A stretch of DNA of 64,000 nucleotides, from the NCBI GenBank assembly GCA_051362555.1, contig CM120649.1:17622567-17686566 (forward strand). The letters are read 5' to 3'. Both the position numbers and the translations under genes were made by a program. The notes beneath the pieces are model-generated. The model searched no databases. It was not told the DNA's origin and saw only the letters and a program-made list of their open reading frames with translations. This DNA is from Lingula anatina (lineage: Eukaryota > Animalia > Brachiopoda). Shown piece by piece: positions 1-13,529 of this stretch (the stretch's first letter is position 1; the number at the start of each line of letters is the position of its first letter).

Positions 1-1
1 T

Positions 2-93
2 GTGCACGCGTCGCTGACAGTGGACCAACTCAAACGCAATTTACTTGAATGTGGTGCCATAACATCTGGATGAAAATGTGAATTGACTGAAAG
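2..93 (+). pseudogene. Decayed SAP-domain-like exon, probably a transposon accessory gene remnant
   Basis: Frame 2 reads VHASLTVDQLKRNLLECGAITSG*KCELTER, matching the SAP consensus (L.V..LK..L...G....G.K..L..R). In-frame TGA at 71-73 where R (CGA) is expected. GTATGT donor at 94; candidate downstream acceptors at 317 and 727. Confidence 0.5.
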
Positions 94-1419
94 GTATGTG
101 TTTTCTTTTCATTTAGTGCTTGAAAAACAAGAATGCTAACTATTTTCCTTGAAAAAAATCGAACATTAGTCGAGGTGTGTGTGTCAAATCTGACATGTTA
201 TGTACATGTAGACTACTGTAGGTACGAGTAGGCCTACGCTCATATTTTGTTTTAGTAGCACGAAAGACGAAGATTTTTTATACTTAGTAAATGTACTTAT
301 TTTTTTTCTTTATAAGGTTACCCAAAGAAGGCCCATATATTGGGGGCAAAGCCTGAAACTGTCGATTTCAGGACCCCCAGGACAGCCAACTTCAAGAGCA
401 GGATAAAATGATTACTTCAGGAATCTTACCCGTCACTTCACATCAGCGGCAAAGATTGATGTAGCCACCAGTTATGCCTACCCTAAAGCTGACTTACAGG
501 CGGCTGTGATGGACAACAACTATTGCCAAGTGCCATGAAAACAATAATGCATGGATAGAGGGAATGATGTAAGTGAAAACAGAGGTCTAATATTAAGAAT
601 CAGGCCCAAATATGAGAAAGAATTATCAAACTAGGTGATGTGTGACATCATAGAAATATAAAATTGTATCTTAACTATTTAATGCTGTAACCATCTACCA
701 TGCTTTAATGGGATATGACTATTTCAGGTTGAGGAACAAACAGCGAAGGACACTGAGCATAGCAAGTTACAACAAGGAAAGAGCGCAATCTGACACAAGG
801 AGAGACAATGGCGGATCACTGCTTCCAGATTTGGAGAGATAATGTCAGCTACAGAGAAGAAGTATATGAACAAACTGTATGAATAATTGTTGTGTCCAAA
901 ACCATTGCAGACACATGACAGTTGGACCCGGACCCGATTTCCCCTTTTTGGAATGTTTATCTCGTGCACGAATCTGGGCCTAAAGAAAACCCGCGAATAC
1001 TATACTAAGTTAGAAGGCCAGATGTTCATTACAAATCGCCCATTCTGCTATTTTGCTGTGTTTACATTCAAAGATCTGTTTGTGGGGTTGATTCATTCTG
1101 ACGCTGGATATTTTTCTACATGTATTTTGCCCAGGATAACTTTTTTTAATGAAAAACACTATAGGAAGTATGTGTCAACCAGTTTATAGAAAGTACCCCT
1201 GTATGAGATGGTTTTAGCTGCAATCATAATTTTGAAGTGCAATTTTAAAAAATGTTTTCACTAAAATGAAATAATTTGGTGGTGCTATATTCTTTACAAA
1301 AAGTACTTATGTGTTTATGCTGTTTTTAATAATATTTAACTGTAATGAAAAAAAACCCATGATGCTATTTTGTAAAGTATTTTAGCGGGATGAAATAAAT
1401 TGCTAGTTGTATTTACAGC

Positions 1420-2015
1420 AAATAATTTGGTTTTTCTGCTTTTTAAAGAATTTTCAAAGTGATGACATAATGTGGTGGTTCTCTCCAAGTAATATAATTC
1501 ATAAGTACTATTTTGTAAAAAGGAACAAAAAACTGTTAATTTGTAAAATGTTTGCTTTCTTTAATTTTTATTTCTTAAACTGTTACAAAAAGTTTTCCAT
1601 ACCTACAGTAATCCATTGGCTGAGAAATTGCAGCTATATATTCAGGAAAGTTATAGCACAAATAAATTATCAAAGTATTATATGGTTTCATGGTTTTTAC
1701 TATGGACTGAATAATTATTTTGTTTAAATAAAATATTTGGTTTTGCTGCTTTTTAATGAATTTTCAGAGCGATGAAATAATATGGTGTTTCTACTCAAGT
1801 AAAACAATTCAGAAGTGCTATTTTGTAAAAAAAGAACAAAAAATGTTCATTTATAAAATGTTTTCTTTCTTTAAATTTTATTTCTTAAACTGTTACATAA
1901 AGATTTCCAAACATGCATTATTCCATTGGCTGAGAAATTGCATCTATACATGAACAAATAAATTATCTAACTATACCTAGTTTTATGATTCTTACGAGGT
2001 ACTGAATAATGATTT
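1420..2015. repeat. Tandem duplication, about 310-bp unit, two diverged copies
   Basis: AAATAATTTGGTTTTTCTGCTTTTTAAAGAATTTTC at 1421 recurs as AAATATTTGGTTTTGCTGCTTTTTAATGAATTTTC at 1731. TCCATTGGCTGAGAAATTGCA is shared, and the paired ORFs 1407-1727 and 1756-1953 are similar. Confidence 0.8.
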
Positions 2016-4779
2016 TAAATAAAAATAATTATTTAATGAACATTATCGGTCATGCTCAATACATCAATAAAAAAGGATATTACTTAATAACATAACCTTA
2101 TGCGGGTAGTAGGCTACCGGGACTTATATATATTTACTGACAACTCTTCTGAAATTACGGACATAAGAAAACGCACTTTGATAAATCATACTTCCTAGGG
2201 GCACTTTCTTGCTATGGAGCTCTCTTTCCAAAACTTTATAAGTTTTGCCAAGATCAATTAACCTTTTTACGTGTATTCTTTTTGAGGCAACTCGTCTATC
2301 TTTAGGGGCCTAATTACTGTTCCTGGGTCAAGTTGTAACTGACCCTTTAACATGGAAGGTGTGTTGACATGGGCAACCCTTCACTTCAAACGAAGCCCTG
2401 AATCCTCAAGAAAATTATGCCCACCTTGCCGACTTTGACATTCAGGTACACAACAATACTGAGGCATGTTTATTAAGGCCAGTACCACAGTCCAACGTAT
2501 ACAATATCCAACATGGCGACCTAGGAAGGACTGAATTCACACTAGCGACACCTGGCGCCAAGCGGGCTGGTATTCCCCATTGTCAGATTTCCTATTATCT
2601 TCTTACCTTTGCTTGCTGCTGTTGTGTACACTATCGCCCCCTATTGATTAACATTCACATTAGTTCTTCCTTTTTTCAAGAAATGTAAAAACCTGTATAA
2701 ATCTTGCTATTAGCATTTGTTGTTGTTTGGGACTTCCTTTGTGTATAATGTTTTAGTTGTTGGTTGGGCATGTAAGATATACCTGTAGATCAACACTGTC
2801 TGTTGAACAGGCTGTAGCTGTTAAATATTTTTTCAAACTTAGCTAGTGGTTGAAAATGTCATTTCTAGCAAATTATTTCATGTTTAGTTAAGTTTTATAG
2901 GAAATTGTTGACAGAAATTGATTTTCAGAAATAAAATATATATTTATATCAGTTGTTATTGTTGGGGTGCATCCTTCAAAGACAATGGACTTGATTCCCT
3001 GTTCACTATATGATAAATACAGTATTATTAATTATTTTCATGATTATTAATAAAATGTGCTTATACTGAATAATACATTGTACATGTATGTACACAAAGA
3101 GAAAAGCAAAATCCTACAAAAGTATTTTAGTATCTGTGGCATTTCAATAAATGTCTCAATAAATAAGTACTTTGAGATTTTTTTTTAAAGTTAGGAAAAT
3201 TCAACAGTAAAATATTCTTCATGGAGAGCCTACCTAGTAACTTTTTATGCTGGGTATGCTTTTTAAATAATAATTTTAATTAATGAAGTTTTTTTGAAAT
3301 TTTGTGTGAATCCAGAATAATCAAATTCTTTTACAGTGCTCAACCTAATCTGGTACATGTAGCGCTGATTTAACCAAGTCTTGTAACGTCACTTTCGTTC
3401 CGTTATATACTGATGAAAAGGAGCATACCATAAACATTGATTTCTTCCTGTGCGTGAAGGTCTGATGTGTTATTGTGTCTCTTGAACGTAGAATTGTTTG
3501 AACTCCAGTTCTGCTTTGACAAAGTTGATGAGTTTGTTGCTATTATGTGACCGTTGGCCCAAATACTGGTTTAAATGCGCACTAGGAGTATGCGTGAATC
3601 TGTCACTTTTTTTGATGGCAATCTTTGAAATCCATATGAACTAAGCTCTTTTGCAGTTTAAATTACTGAAACACATCCTACTCTTTAATACTTGTACATG
3701 TGTTTGTATAATTAAAACAATTTTTATTCTTAAAATTTTGCTTTTTTTCATTAATTTATTTGAACTGTAAACTTTAAATATTAGGAAAAGCTATCTTAGG
3801 ATATGCCAAATTAAAATTTACAGACCATAAAAACATGTACCAGAATAAGTACTCCATTGTCCTTATATCTCATCCCTGTACCCATCTTGGAAACCTGTGG
3901 GTTCCCTGGGACGATGTATGCATTTCTGTTTAAAAAAATGGATGAGTTATTACAGCTTTAATCCTAAAAAAAGTCCGGTGCAATTTGTTTACTTTTTAGA
4001 TTGTCATTAAATAAAGACATGTTAAATTTATTTTGCCATTTTAAAAACTATGGGCATTATGGATTTAGAGCTTCTCAATGAGAAAATTAAGTTTCAGTTT
4101 TGACAAAATTAATACAAAGTGAAAAAAACAAACAGGAAGGAAATTGTACAAAAGCAAGTGTCTGCAGGTATGTGGCTGGTTTCACAAAAAAGTATAAAAT
4201 ATGTTTTTGATCACTAGGGACAGTGACATTCTACAGGTTAGAAGTGGAACACATTTCCAATCTTAAAGTGGAGATGTACATTTCAACCCATCTTTTTTAT
4301 TTGAGTGTGTAAAAGTTGTCTTGTCACAATCTGATGTGCCTGACAATAGCTTGTTTATGTAGCATGGAATTCATCCTGCAAATTAAAAAAAAAACTTAAA
4401 ATGGTTAGGCAAAGGATACCACTAGTTTAGTTTATAGCATAATTTTACGCTACCCATGACATTGTGATTGATTACAGAAAGATCTTCACGAAAAGGGCAA
4501 AAAATGCTTCCACTTATACTCTGGCAAAGCAGTACACATTTACATGTATGTACATGATCAGTGTAACAATTTACTTTATCTCTGGCATGGGGTTTGGGAA
4601 GCCTGTTTGCAATGCATTGTGGGATACTATGTTGTCATGGTGATTCTGGCATGGGAGTATACAGCTTGATAATCAGTGTCTCATTCATACAAGCAGCAGA
4701 TAAAGAAGCAAACATACAAATAATAATAAAAACAACTTTGATTTTTTGGTGTGAATAATGTATTATACTCTGAGTAAGC

Positions 4780-7700
4780 ATTTATTCAGCCCAAGAATAC
4801 TTCAGTTCAGAGTGGTGGATACAAGTAAGAGCTTGGAGCTAAGACAACAGACACACAGGTATCAAATTGCAGCAATGGCAAGAGCATAGAGCAAAGGAGA
4901 TTCTGGTGTGCAAGTTTCCACTCTTCTTTTCTTTTTTTGTTTTACCGAACTGAGTTCGTGAACCAAAAATTCAAGAATTTCCACAGCACATATCCCCTCT
5001 ATCCTTTATCAAATGGTTCAAATATACTTCATAGAAAACTTCCATCTCTCTGAAGGAGAAAACGCCATATCCCATTACTATTTAAAAGAGGCACTCGAAT
5101 TAGGAATTTAGAATGATTATCCACTTTTACTCCCAAAACTGGGCCATTATTCCTCTTGCACCTTGGAAAAAAAGCACATTTGGCACATTTTTTTCATCCA
5201 TGGTGAACGAAGGACTACTCATCCTCCCAACTTAGAAAAAAAAAAGGACAAGAAATTTTACGGAAATGTTTTGAATCATGGATTTCAAGAAATCCTATGG
5301 CAACTTGCTTTGTCAGTTTTGAGAATCAAATGCACCATGTCTACCACACAAAATAGCACCATCAAGGAATGGTCCAATGCCTCGTGAGAGAAAAGCGCCC
5401 AACATATCTCATGCAGCACCAAGAAGCCTCTCCACTCTATGCTCTTGCTCAATTTGTCCTATACAATCAACTTATAATGGCAAAGCACAAAGCAGTAGTC
5501 TCTACCTTGTTATTAAGGCATTGGATTTTGTGAACTTCCTGTAACCTTCAAATGCCCGACCTTGAGAGGTTATGACCTTGATTTGGCAAGGTCGTAACCT
5601 GTCTTCGGCCTACTGGATAGCATGCACACTTAAGCGGTGTTTTTGAAGTCTACCCACTGAATTTCATTGTTCTTTCAAGATATTTTACAATACAATAGCT
5701 AACAGCAGACAAGAACAGCCCACCACAGATCATGAAACCAGGTGACAGGGCTTTACAGTAGTACAGAATGTTATATCAATAGCTGCAAAAAAGCTGGAAA
5801 AAGCTAGGCAAAATAGTCCCATCCTGCATCATCATCATCTATCTTTATACAAAAACCTTGCAGTAAAATTGTCATGACAGCCTAACGGCAGGGGAGCAGA
5901 GTAAAGTGCTAGTCCTATGTGGGCGGGTACGTGAAAGCTATTACATCATGCAATTTTGTAGTGATGCAATTGACTTGAAACACAACTATACGGCAACTTT
6001 CATTTTTTTCACTTTTTTTTGAAAATATCTTGAAAGAAGACATCACATGTCTTTTTAATATCTTTCATTCGAAAATAAACAAATCCAATATCAGTAACAA
6101 TAGGATACATAACAATGATGGTGACGTCCAATGTTTGACATGTAACGTCCCCACTGCAAAATCCAATGTTTCTTAAACAACATTGTAACAAAATGAAAAA
6201 AAAAAGACGAACTACAATCTTGTTCAAGTGTGATCTTATAAAGCATGTACTACAAACAAAACAAATTAACCACCATCGCATTTTTCAATTCGCTGATGGT
6301 GGTCACATGACAATCATGTGACCACCCATGTGACTAGACTGGAAACTATATGGCGTTCAATATGTAAATAATACATTTAACGTTCAGTAACCTAGCAGCA
6401 TTCAGGCAGCTTTTTAGAGTCCCTTTTGGACATTGCATCGACAACACTTGAACAAGATTTTTCTTACGATATACATAACTACTGTAAAATTTGTACACAG
6501 CTACTTGGTATAGGTAACAGAACTGGTATTAAAATATCACAAAAATTATATAAATTTTTTACCAATGTCATTGTATCATTGTACTCCTTTTTTACAATAA
6601 TTGGTGAATTAACATTTTTTAAAATCATTGATATCCACTAGTTACTAGATTAATTAAAACACCTGATTAAATACTTTGGAAAAATATGAATCTGAAAGTT
6701 TTAAAAATCAAGACCAATGCAATGTCACTTAAAATCCAATTCAAGAATATTCCACTAAAATCATCTTGGGCTATTATTATATAAAACAGCAAACCATTAC
6801 TCAAATCTTCAAAACATCACGTTCTACTTAATCATCATTACAGTGGACTATCAACGTAATTCAACCTTGAGAACTGACACAAAGATTTATATATAATATA
6901 TATATGGAAATTAAAATGTACAAGTAATTATAAACACATTTGTTCTTAACGTTGTGTTTTTTGACACAAGCTCTTGTTCAGTTGTGGAGAAGAAATCTGA
7001 AATGCTTTCAATTTTGCATGAAAATAAGATCTTCATCCTGTAATGTGCACATTCTATGACATTTCCATTTCATTCAGCTTGCTTTGAAGATCAATCACTT
7101 AATTTATTATTCAAGATTAATTAGAAATTAAAATCATGGAATATTTCAATCAAAATGAACCCTGTCCCTCTTCTGTACTAGAAAAGCATTTTGAAAACAT
7201 TTTTATGCTTCATATCTCATATTACAAGATAACATTTTTTTAAGTTACTGGAATTATTTCCAAAATATATGAATTTCCTTTAATTTTCTATATGTTCATA
7301 GGATTTGGTGAATGGACAACAGAGATGGGGGACGGGAAGAAAGACACTGAAAATTTTTCTAAGCTTACTTACAAAGAACTGTTCATGGCAGATTGTATGT
7401 AAGTAAACAAATCTATTAAGTCACAATAACAGGATGTGTCACTTTTTCCAATTTTCAATAACTCATTTTCAAAATTTGGATAACTGCTTCATCATTCGTA
7501 CTCCAAGGACTGAACAAGAGCTGAAAATGAGCACCTCTTTTAAAAGTGGACGACCAGTGCCCACTTTGTTTAACACGAAAACAACTATACAGATCCAATA
7601 GTGCTAGTTATACTGTACCTACTCACTATGATAATGATTACAAAGTAAACAGGAAATCTTTATATCACACTTTGAGTGATTCCCTTCACATTTTACCAAT

Positions 7701-9716
7701 TAACATCAATTTTTGTTACTACCAACACACTAACGCCCCAGTTTAAAACAAAGGCAAAATTTTCTTTATTATTTTTTTATGTTAAAGTAACTTATCAATT
7801 AAGCTTGTATCAAAATAGCTTAAAACTGTATTTGGTATCATTGATTCCTTCCTTATATGGAAGTTTTTTAACTTTAAAATTCTCTGCACCATTTCAACAA
7901 TGACAAGTACATACATACAAGTACTCAAAAAATTCCCCTACGCCTTGCAACCCTATATCCCCTTACTCGACTCTGGTGTACATCTTGAATAAAGTACGCA
8001 CTACAAATAGTCACAATGTAGTAACTCATGTAAAACTTAACTAAATAAAAGAAAAAATTACTTACAAGTCAATTAAAAATGCACTATAATAATAATTAAT
8101 AATAATAATAGTTGTAATAATAGTATAAGTAATACCAATCTACAAACAATACATCAAATAAGATAAAATATATTCTAACTAGCATGGATTTTTGACCTCC
8201 ACCCCCTTAAACAGAACAAAATAAACTCATCTGGTGTAATAGCCATTCTGCCTCTGGGAGGGTCCATTCTGCCCCATAGGGATGTTACTTACAAACTTGT
8301 ATGTCCATACTTTTCTCCATCATATGGCCAGCCTGTCAGACTGTCACTATTCTTATTTATGGCACATAGAATTGTAATGGAATCAATTAAATTTGGGTTT
8401 TATATTGGACATATAAAAATTGCATTGCACTTTCGTGTTTAACTGTCAGAAAACAACCTGCGAAACACACTCTTTTTACGTCTTTTGCAGAAAATCACCT
8501 CCATGGGATATATATTTCCTTAGAAAAAAATCCCCATCACTTTTCATTAAAAAAACTCCTTGGAGCCCGCCTCCATTCTCTCCATGCTCTCTTGACAATA
8601 ACATATGTATATGTAACATACAAGTTCTATATACTGTAATATTGAGCACTCTTAATCTGTTCTGTAAGGTACACATTATAAAAGCCAGGCCAGGTCAGAT
8701 ATAAAGTTGTATGAACCACTTGCAAGTAAACTATATATAAGATATATATATACACACACTTAGAGTGCTATATTTCACTGCTAAGATTAAACCAGATGAA
8801 AAAAACTACCCAACAGTTTGATATAATACACTAATTAAGGAGATCATATATATGTACTGGTTTAATCTTTGGGGGGAAACATAGCACCGCTAAATAGTAG
8901 TCGGATCATGCGTCACTTTCATTAAAGCTTAGCAACCAAAGTAGCTTCAGCCATCTTATCTGTGTTGCCATGGATACCACAAAGCTAAGTTGTTCCTATA
9001 AATTTTGCAAGGTACTTCAACCAACAATCTAAGCAGTGTTGCTTTTTTCCTGCCCATTGGCAAAAGTGAAAACATTATTATAACAATATCAAATGCTTTA
9101 GAGTAATCAATAAACTAAAGCTAGCCCTTAAAAAAGACGGATTTTTTTTTTCAATTTGGCTTGGGAGCTGTCACAACTGCAATGTACTTCTTTGCATATA
9201 GAATGGATAACTCTCAATATTGAATGTATATAAAAAGTAACTGTAAATTTTGACAACAAGTACATAAGTAACAACTAGGGTTGCGAACAAACACCCAATA
9301 AAAGTTTTCAATGGGTGATATGAGACCACTTTTATTTTATTATTTGGCAATTTTATACTAAAGTAACTAGGACTATAACATCCCTTATACCTGCCACATT
9401 GTGTAAATCTACCTACATATCCTCCAGAACACATTATTCTTGACCTCGAAAGACCTTGACCCAATTAAAGATCTCGTTCCCTTACAAAAGAGGCCAACTG
9501 AACATCCAAGTCTTATTGCAAAATTCTGCACTCAGAGAAGACTGCAATCACTCTCATTTCTTTAGTCCTTGTTTTACAGGCACCTGTCATGGCTAAATGG
9601 ATTCTTAATCCTCATTTTATATGGCAGCTTGATTATCTCAAAGAGAAACAATTGGGCAATAGTTTCATATCTTTCATGGCTTCGGGAAAAGTCCTCACTC
9701 TCCTAATACATGGCAT
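4780..9716 (-). other. mbl: Probable long 3' UTR of mbl (distal end not determinable)
   Basis: Follows the stop at 9717; AT-rich and non-coding. Several minus-strand AATAAA hexamers (e.g. near 9333, 7764, 7103, 4781). The true poly(A) site cannot be fixed from sequence. Confidence 0.35.
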
Positions 9717-9838
9717 CTAGATCACAATTGGTTGAATCAACACCGGTATGTGGTAATACTTGCACATTGGGCGCGAGCATTTACCTTTGACAAAGTCTCG
9801 GCAGATGGTAATTTTTCCATCATTCGTTTCCACATAAT
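9717..9838 (-). CDS. mbl: Muscleblind terminal coding exon, ZnF6 (phase 1 to stop)
   Basis: Acceptor ctttctccatcttcag. Reads (D)YVETNDGKITICRDFVKGKCSRPMCKYYHIPVLIQPIVI*, a C-X7-C-X4-C-X3-H finger; phase matches the preceding exon. Confidence 0.9.
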
Positions 9839-10160
9839 CTGAAGATGGAGAAAGTGGTCACTATTATCTAACATCTTACTGATACAATAATTTGAGAGGA
9901 GTTTCAATTCTTACCATATGAAATAATATCCATCTCTTTCAAAATTGATCAGTAAGAAAATACTACTCTCACAGTTGATGGCATCAGCTTTCCATTACTA
10001 GCTACTTTGTCACAACGAAAAAATCATTGTACAACATCAAAATATTCTACCATATTCTGCCATAAAATAATGCCAATATTTAGTTGACAAATAATTAGCA
10101 ATCGATGTAATAGAAACACTGAATGTCAAAAATTCAGAAGTTTTAAATATTTCTACTCAC

Positions 10161-10245
10161 CCTCTACTAAGTGCACATACTTGCATTGTGGTCGCTGGCA
10201 CTGACCCGACTTAAAATCTCTGCACACTGGCAGGGTGTCCAGTAA
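10161..10245 (-). CDS. mbl: Muscleblind exon, ZnF5; dual-coding (alternative frame gives FTGHPASVQRF*)
   Basis: Acceptor ttcattgtttcag, donor GTGAGT, 85 nt. Phase 0 reads LLDTLPVCRDFKSGQCQRPQCKYVHLVE. Phase 1 reads (F)TGHPASVQRF with TAA at 10211-10213. Confidence 0.9.
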
Positions 10246-12919
10246 CTGAAACAATGAACACAAACTAAGGTCACTGGGCATCCAGTTGCCTTTTAGGTGG
10301 CCACTCAGCGCAATGCTAACTTAATGGAAGTTAACAATGACAAAGCTATCTTCCATTAAGTTTACACTTGTTATTTGGACAACTGGATGTGTGTGGACAA
10401 TTGCTTATTAATTACAAATGGCCTTGTAACATTTTTCACGACTGAAAATTTTCACATTTGGAATAACTTAATAAAAGGCAATGTGCTTTGTCATTTATTA
10501 AATTTCAGTATACAAAATGACCTATCTTGACTTTCATATTAAATGTCAGCTTATGATAAAACTACATATTATGTTTTTCAAGCTTGGGGACAAACAAGCC
10601 CAGTAGAGCTCATGCTAGGTATACTAGAGTAAAAAATAGTTCGTGTACATAAACTGTCAATGCCTGAAAATTTCTGATTAAATTAATGAATAAATCATTT
10701 TGCATGGGAATTTTTATGTTTGAAAATTGAGTAGTGCTTTCGGTACTTAACTTTAGAAACATTTGTAACAGATGAAGTTACAACATTTTAAAGCTTTTAA
10801 CACAGAAAAAAAAAATCATTTAAAAGTTGGGCATGAAGACACAACATTATGTCTGAAAGTGAACTGACAATTATTTTTTCATAAGGGGAAGGGCTCATAA
10901 TGATTCAATGCAGGGCAATTTCAAGGCAGTGCAATGCAAAACTTACAAAAAAAAAAAAAAAAATAAATAAATAAATAAATAAAATAAAATAAAATAAAAA
11001 AGGAATGCCATTTGGTCACAAGAATACCACAGTGGCTTATCAATTGGTCAAAGAATTGGTTGGCATATGATAGGTGTTTCAGTTATTGTGAAGTGGTTAC
11101 TGCAAGTCTGACTTTGTAATTGTTATAGTGAGCTCACTGGGGCATGAAACTTGATGCAATAATAAAGATGTTACAAGGCCAATACGGGGCACCATTCCCT
11201 TAAATACAAGCAAAGCATAATGCACTGTGATGTTTTTAGCAAGATTTTTAGAGTTCTTTGCTGAGAGCAAAAAATGCTTCCTAAATAGAAAACAGTATCT
11301 GCTTTCATAGCAACTGTGTGTAGTAGAGACATGACATCACAAAAGACCTTTAAAAAATAAGCTAAAATCATCCAGTGTGAAGACATTTTCTTCCGTAACA
11401 ACATTCAAGTTAATATTGCCCTTTTCTCCCTTTTAAGACCATGATGCAACATTTAGAAGTAAAATAGTGCTCTTAGAATAGTAAAAATAATTAGCAGTGC
11501 TCAGAAAGTGATATCAACTAAAATATCCAAGAAGCATAGTGATCAGAAATATAACTTTGAGATGTAGCAAACCATTTACTTATAATTCTAAGCAAAATAT
11601 GATAAAGTACACAGGACAAGCTGACTTGCTGCAAAATACTGGATGGTGTAAGCTTTTTTGGGAGACAGTTATAAGCATTGATATGCAAATCCATTGGCAA
11701 AATGTGTTTTTATTACCACAAGCAAATTCAAGATCTGCTTTTTGTATCTCCACTGTTCCTTGTGAGCCACAAACTGCACTACTGATTTAACAAAATTTAC
11801 TTAGGGGTAAAAATGATGCTTCTTAATTTGGTATATGTTCTATCAACTGATCACGATAAAATCAAAATAATCAGTTGCTACTATGCCAGAAACTGACTAC
11901 TGATGCTTACCATTCAAGGTGTTTTAAAATAAACTGATGTTTTGTACCTACAGCAAACATTTTTTCTCCATCCCCCCCCCCTCTCTTGTGTCGTATATTG
12001 TATATTGAGAAAATTTCGACTAAAACATTTAACAAAAATACTTGGATAAGGTTGATAAAATTATCTGTAGAATTTTATTGCACATATAAGGGCAAAAGGC
12101 TGAATGTTAGGGCAAATGTTTGGAGCAATGGACTTTCTTCACATTATGAAGAGGAAGCTGATACCAAACATGGAAACATTCATGTGCAGTAGTTAAAAAG
12201 ACATTTTGCTAAAAAGAAATCTAGTTGAAAAGGGAGATCCAAACATTTAAACTTAAAGCTCCCCTAGCTTGTTTCATTTTAGCAAAAGATTTACTGCAAA
12301 TATTGTGCTTCTAGCCACACTCTGCAGCACTGCAGTTGCCAGGGTAGTGTTCTTAATATAAGCGGTTAAAGCTAAATATACTAGTAAAAACATGTGGTAC
12401 CGAGTTGGAATGATATGGTGGTGTAAGTAACTGTGATTAACACATGAATTCTAGTGTTTTGTGCAATTACTCACAACAAGAACCTTAACAGGCTTTCAAA
12501 GATGTATCTTTATACAGTATATCATTTGATTAGACTGCTACCTAGGACAAGTGATGGATTTCGATAATCAATGTTGTAGGTGGAGGGGGGGGGGGAGGGC
12601 TTTCGGGACTTCTATAAAATCCTGATATTTAGCAGCAAGCCTTTTCTTGTCAACATAAAATAAAGAATAAGATAGGACCTTGGCTGTGCTGAAACAAGAT
12701 TTGCTTAGAGCCACTGTACAGTAATAAAGCACATCAAATAAGGATTAATTAATACCAAAAAGGTTATATCTATGCAAGGCCAACATCATTAAACAAATGA
12801 TAAATGCCATAAAATTAGGTTGCATTAGAGGAAATTTCAAGGGTGGGTCGTAATAGAAAAACTGTCATTATAGTACTGTCTTTTCCAATTTGATGTTACC
12901 TTCTTAGGAGTCCAGAGCT

Positions 12920-13040
12920 TATTGTCTTGTAAAATAGGTCAAAGGCCATTGTCTTGTAAATTAGGTCAGAGGTCATTGTCTTGTAATGACATCAGAGGTC
13001 ACTGTCTTGAAGCGAGGTTAAAGTCACTCTTTTGTAATGA
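12920..13040. repeat. Minisatellite, about 27-bp unit, 4-5 copies
   Basis: ATTGTCTTGTAAAATAGGTCAAAGGCC-like units repeated with decay. Confidence 0.75.
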
Positions 13041-13404
13041 GACCAGAGGAAATTATTATTCAATTTTGAAGTTGTTGGTGCATCAGACACCAATTCACAG
13101 TCACCTTTACTGAATGGAGTCTTTGCTCCAACTTTGAGTCTGATGATGGAGTCAGTCATTGTGGTTACTGTTATTTATGAAAGAGGCCAACATGAATGCG
13201 ATATGAAAGTCATGTCAAGTCATTAACTTTGTTAAAAAGTCATCTTCATTTGTCTCAGGTCATACTTTACTATTAAAAGTCAAGTCAAAGAATAAACTCA
13301 TCGCATTAATGTTATATATTAACAAATTTTCAGACAATAAGTAATATTAGTTTGGTGGAAAGCTTTTTGAAAACAGGTTAGGTTAATGAAGGCTTAATCT
13401 TTTT

Positions 13405-13421
13405 TCAGCACTGCTCCCGGT
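13405..13421 (-). CDS. mbl: Candidate alternative short terminal exon, (Y)REQC*
   Basis: Good acceptor cacttctttttctag just 3' of the 86-nt exon. Splicing from the phase-1 donor at 14487 gives T|AC CGG GAG CAG TGC TGA. No independent support. Confidence 0.3.
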
Positions 13422-13443
13422 CTAGAAAAAGAAGTGTTTATAC

Positions 13444-13529
13444 CTGACCGTTGTCATCGTAATAATTTACACTATGGCTATTAGTAATGAGTGCACCTGC
13501 ACTGCCAGCAGCGGTAGGAACCAAGGACA
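13444..13529 (-). CDS. mbl: Muscleblind 86-nt frame-switching cassette exon (phase 1 to 0)
   Basis: Acceptor ctgaccaatcag, donor CAG|GTATAA. Reads (L)SLVPTAAGSAGALITNSHSVNYYDDNGQ. It is the only exon found that converts phase 1 to the phase 0 needed for ZnF5. Confidence 0.8.
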
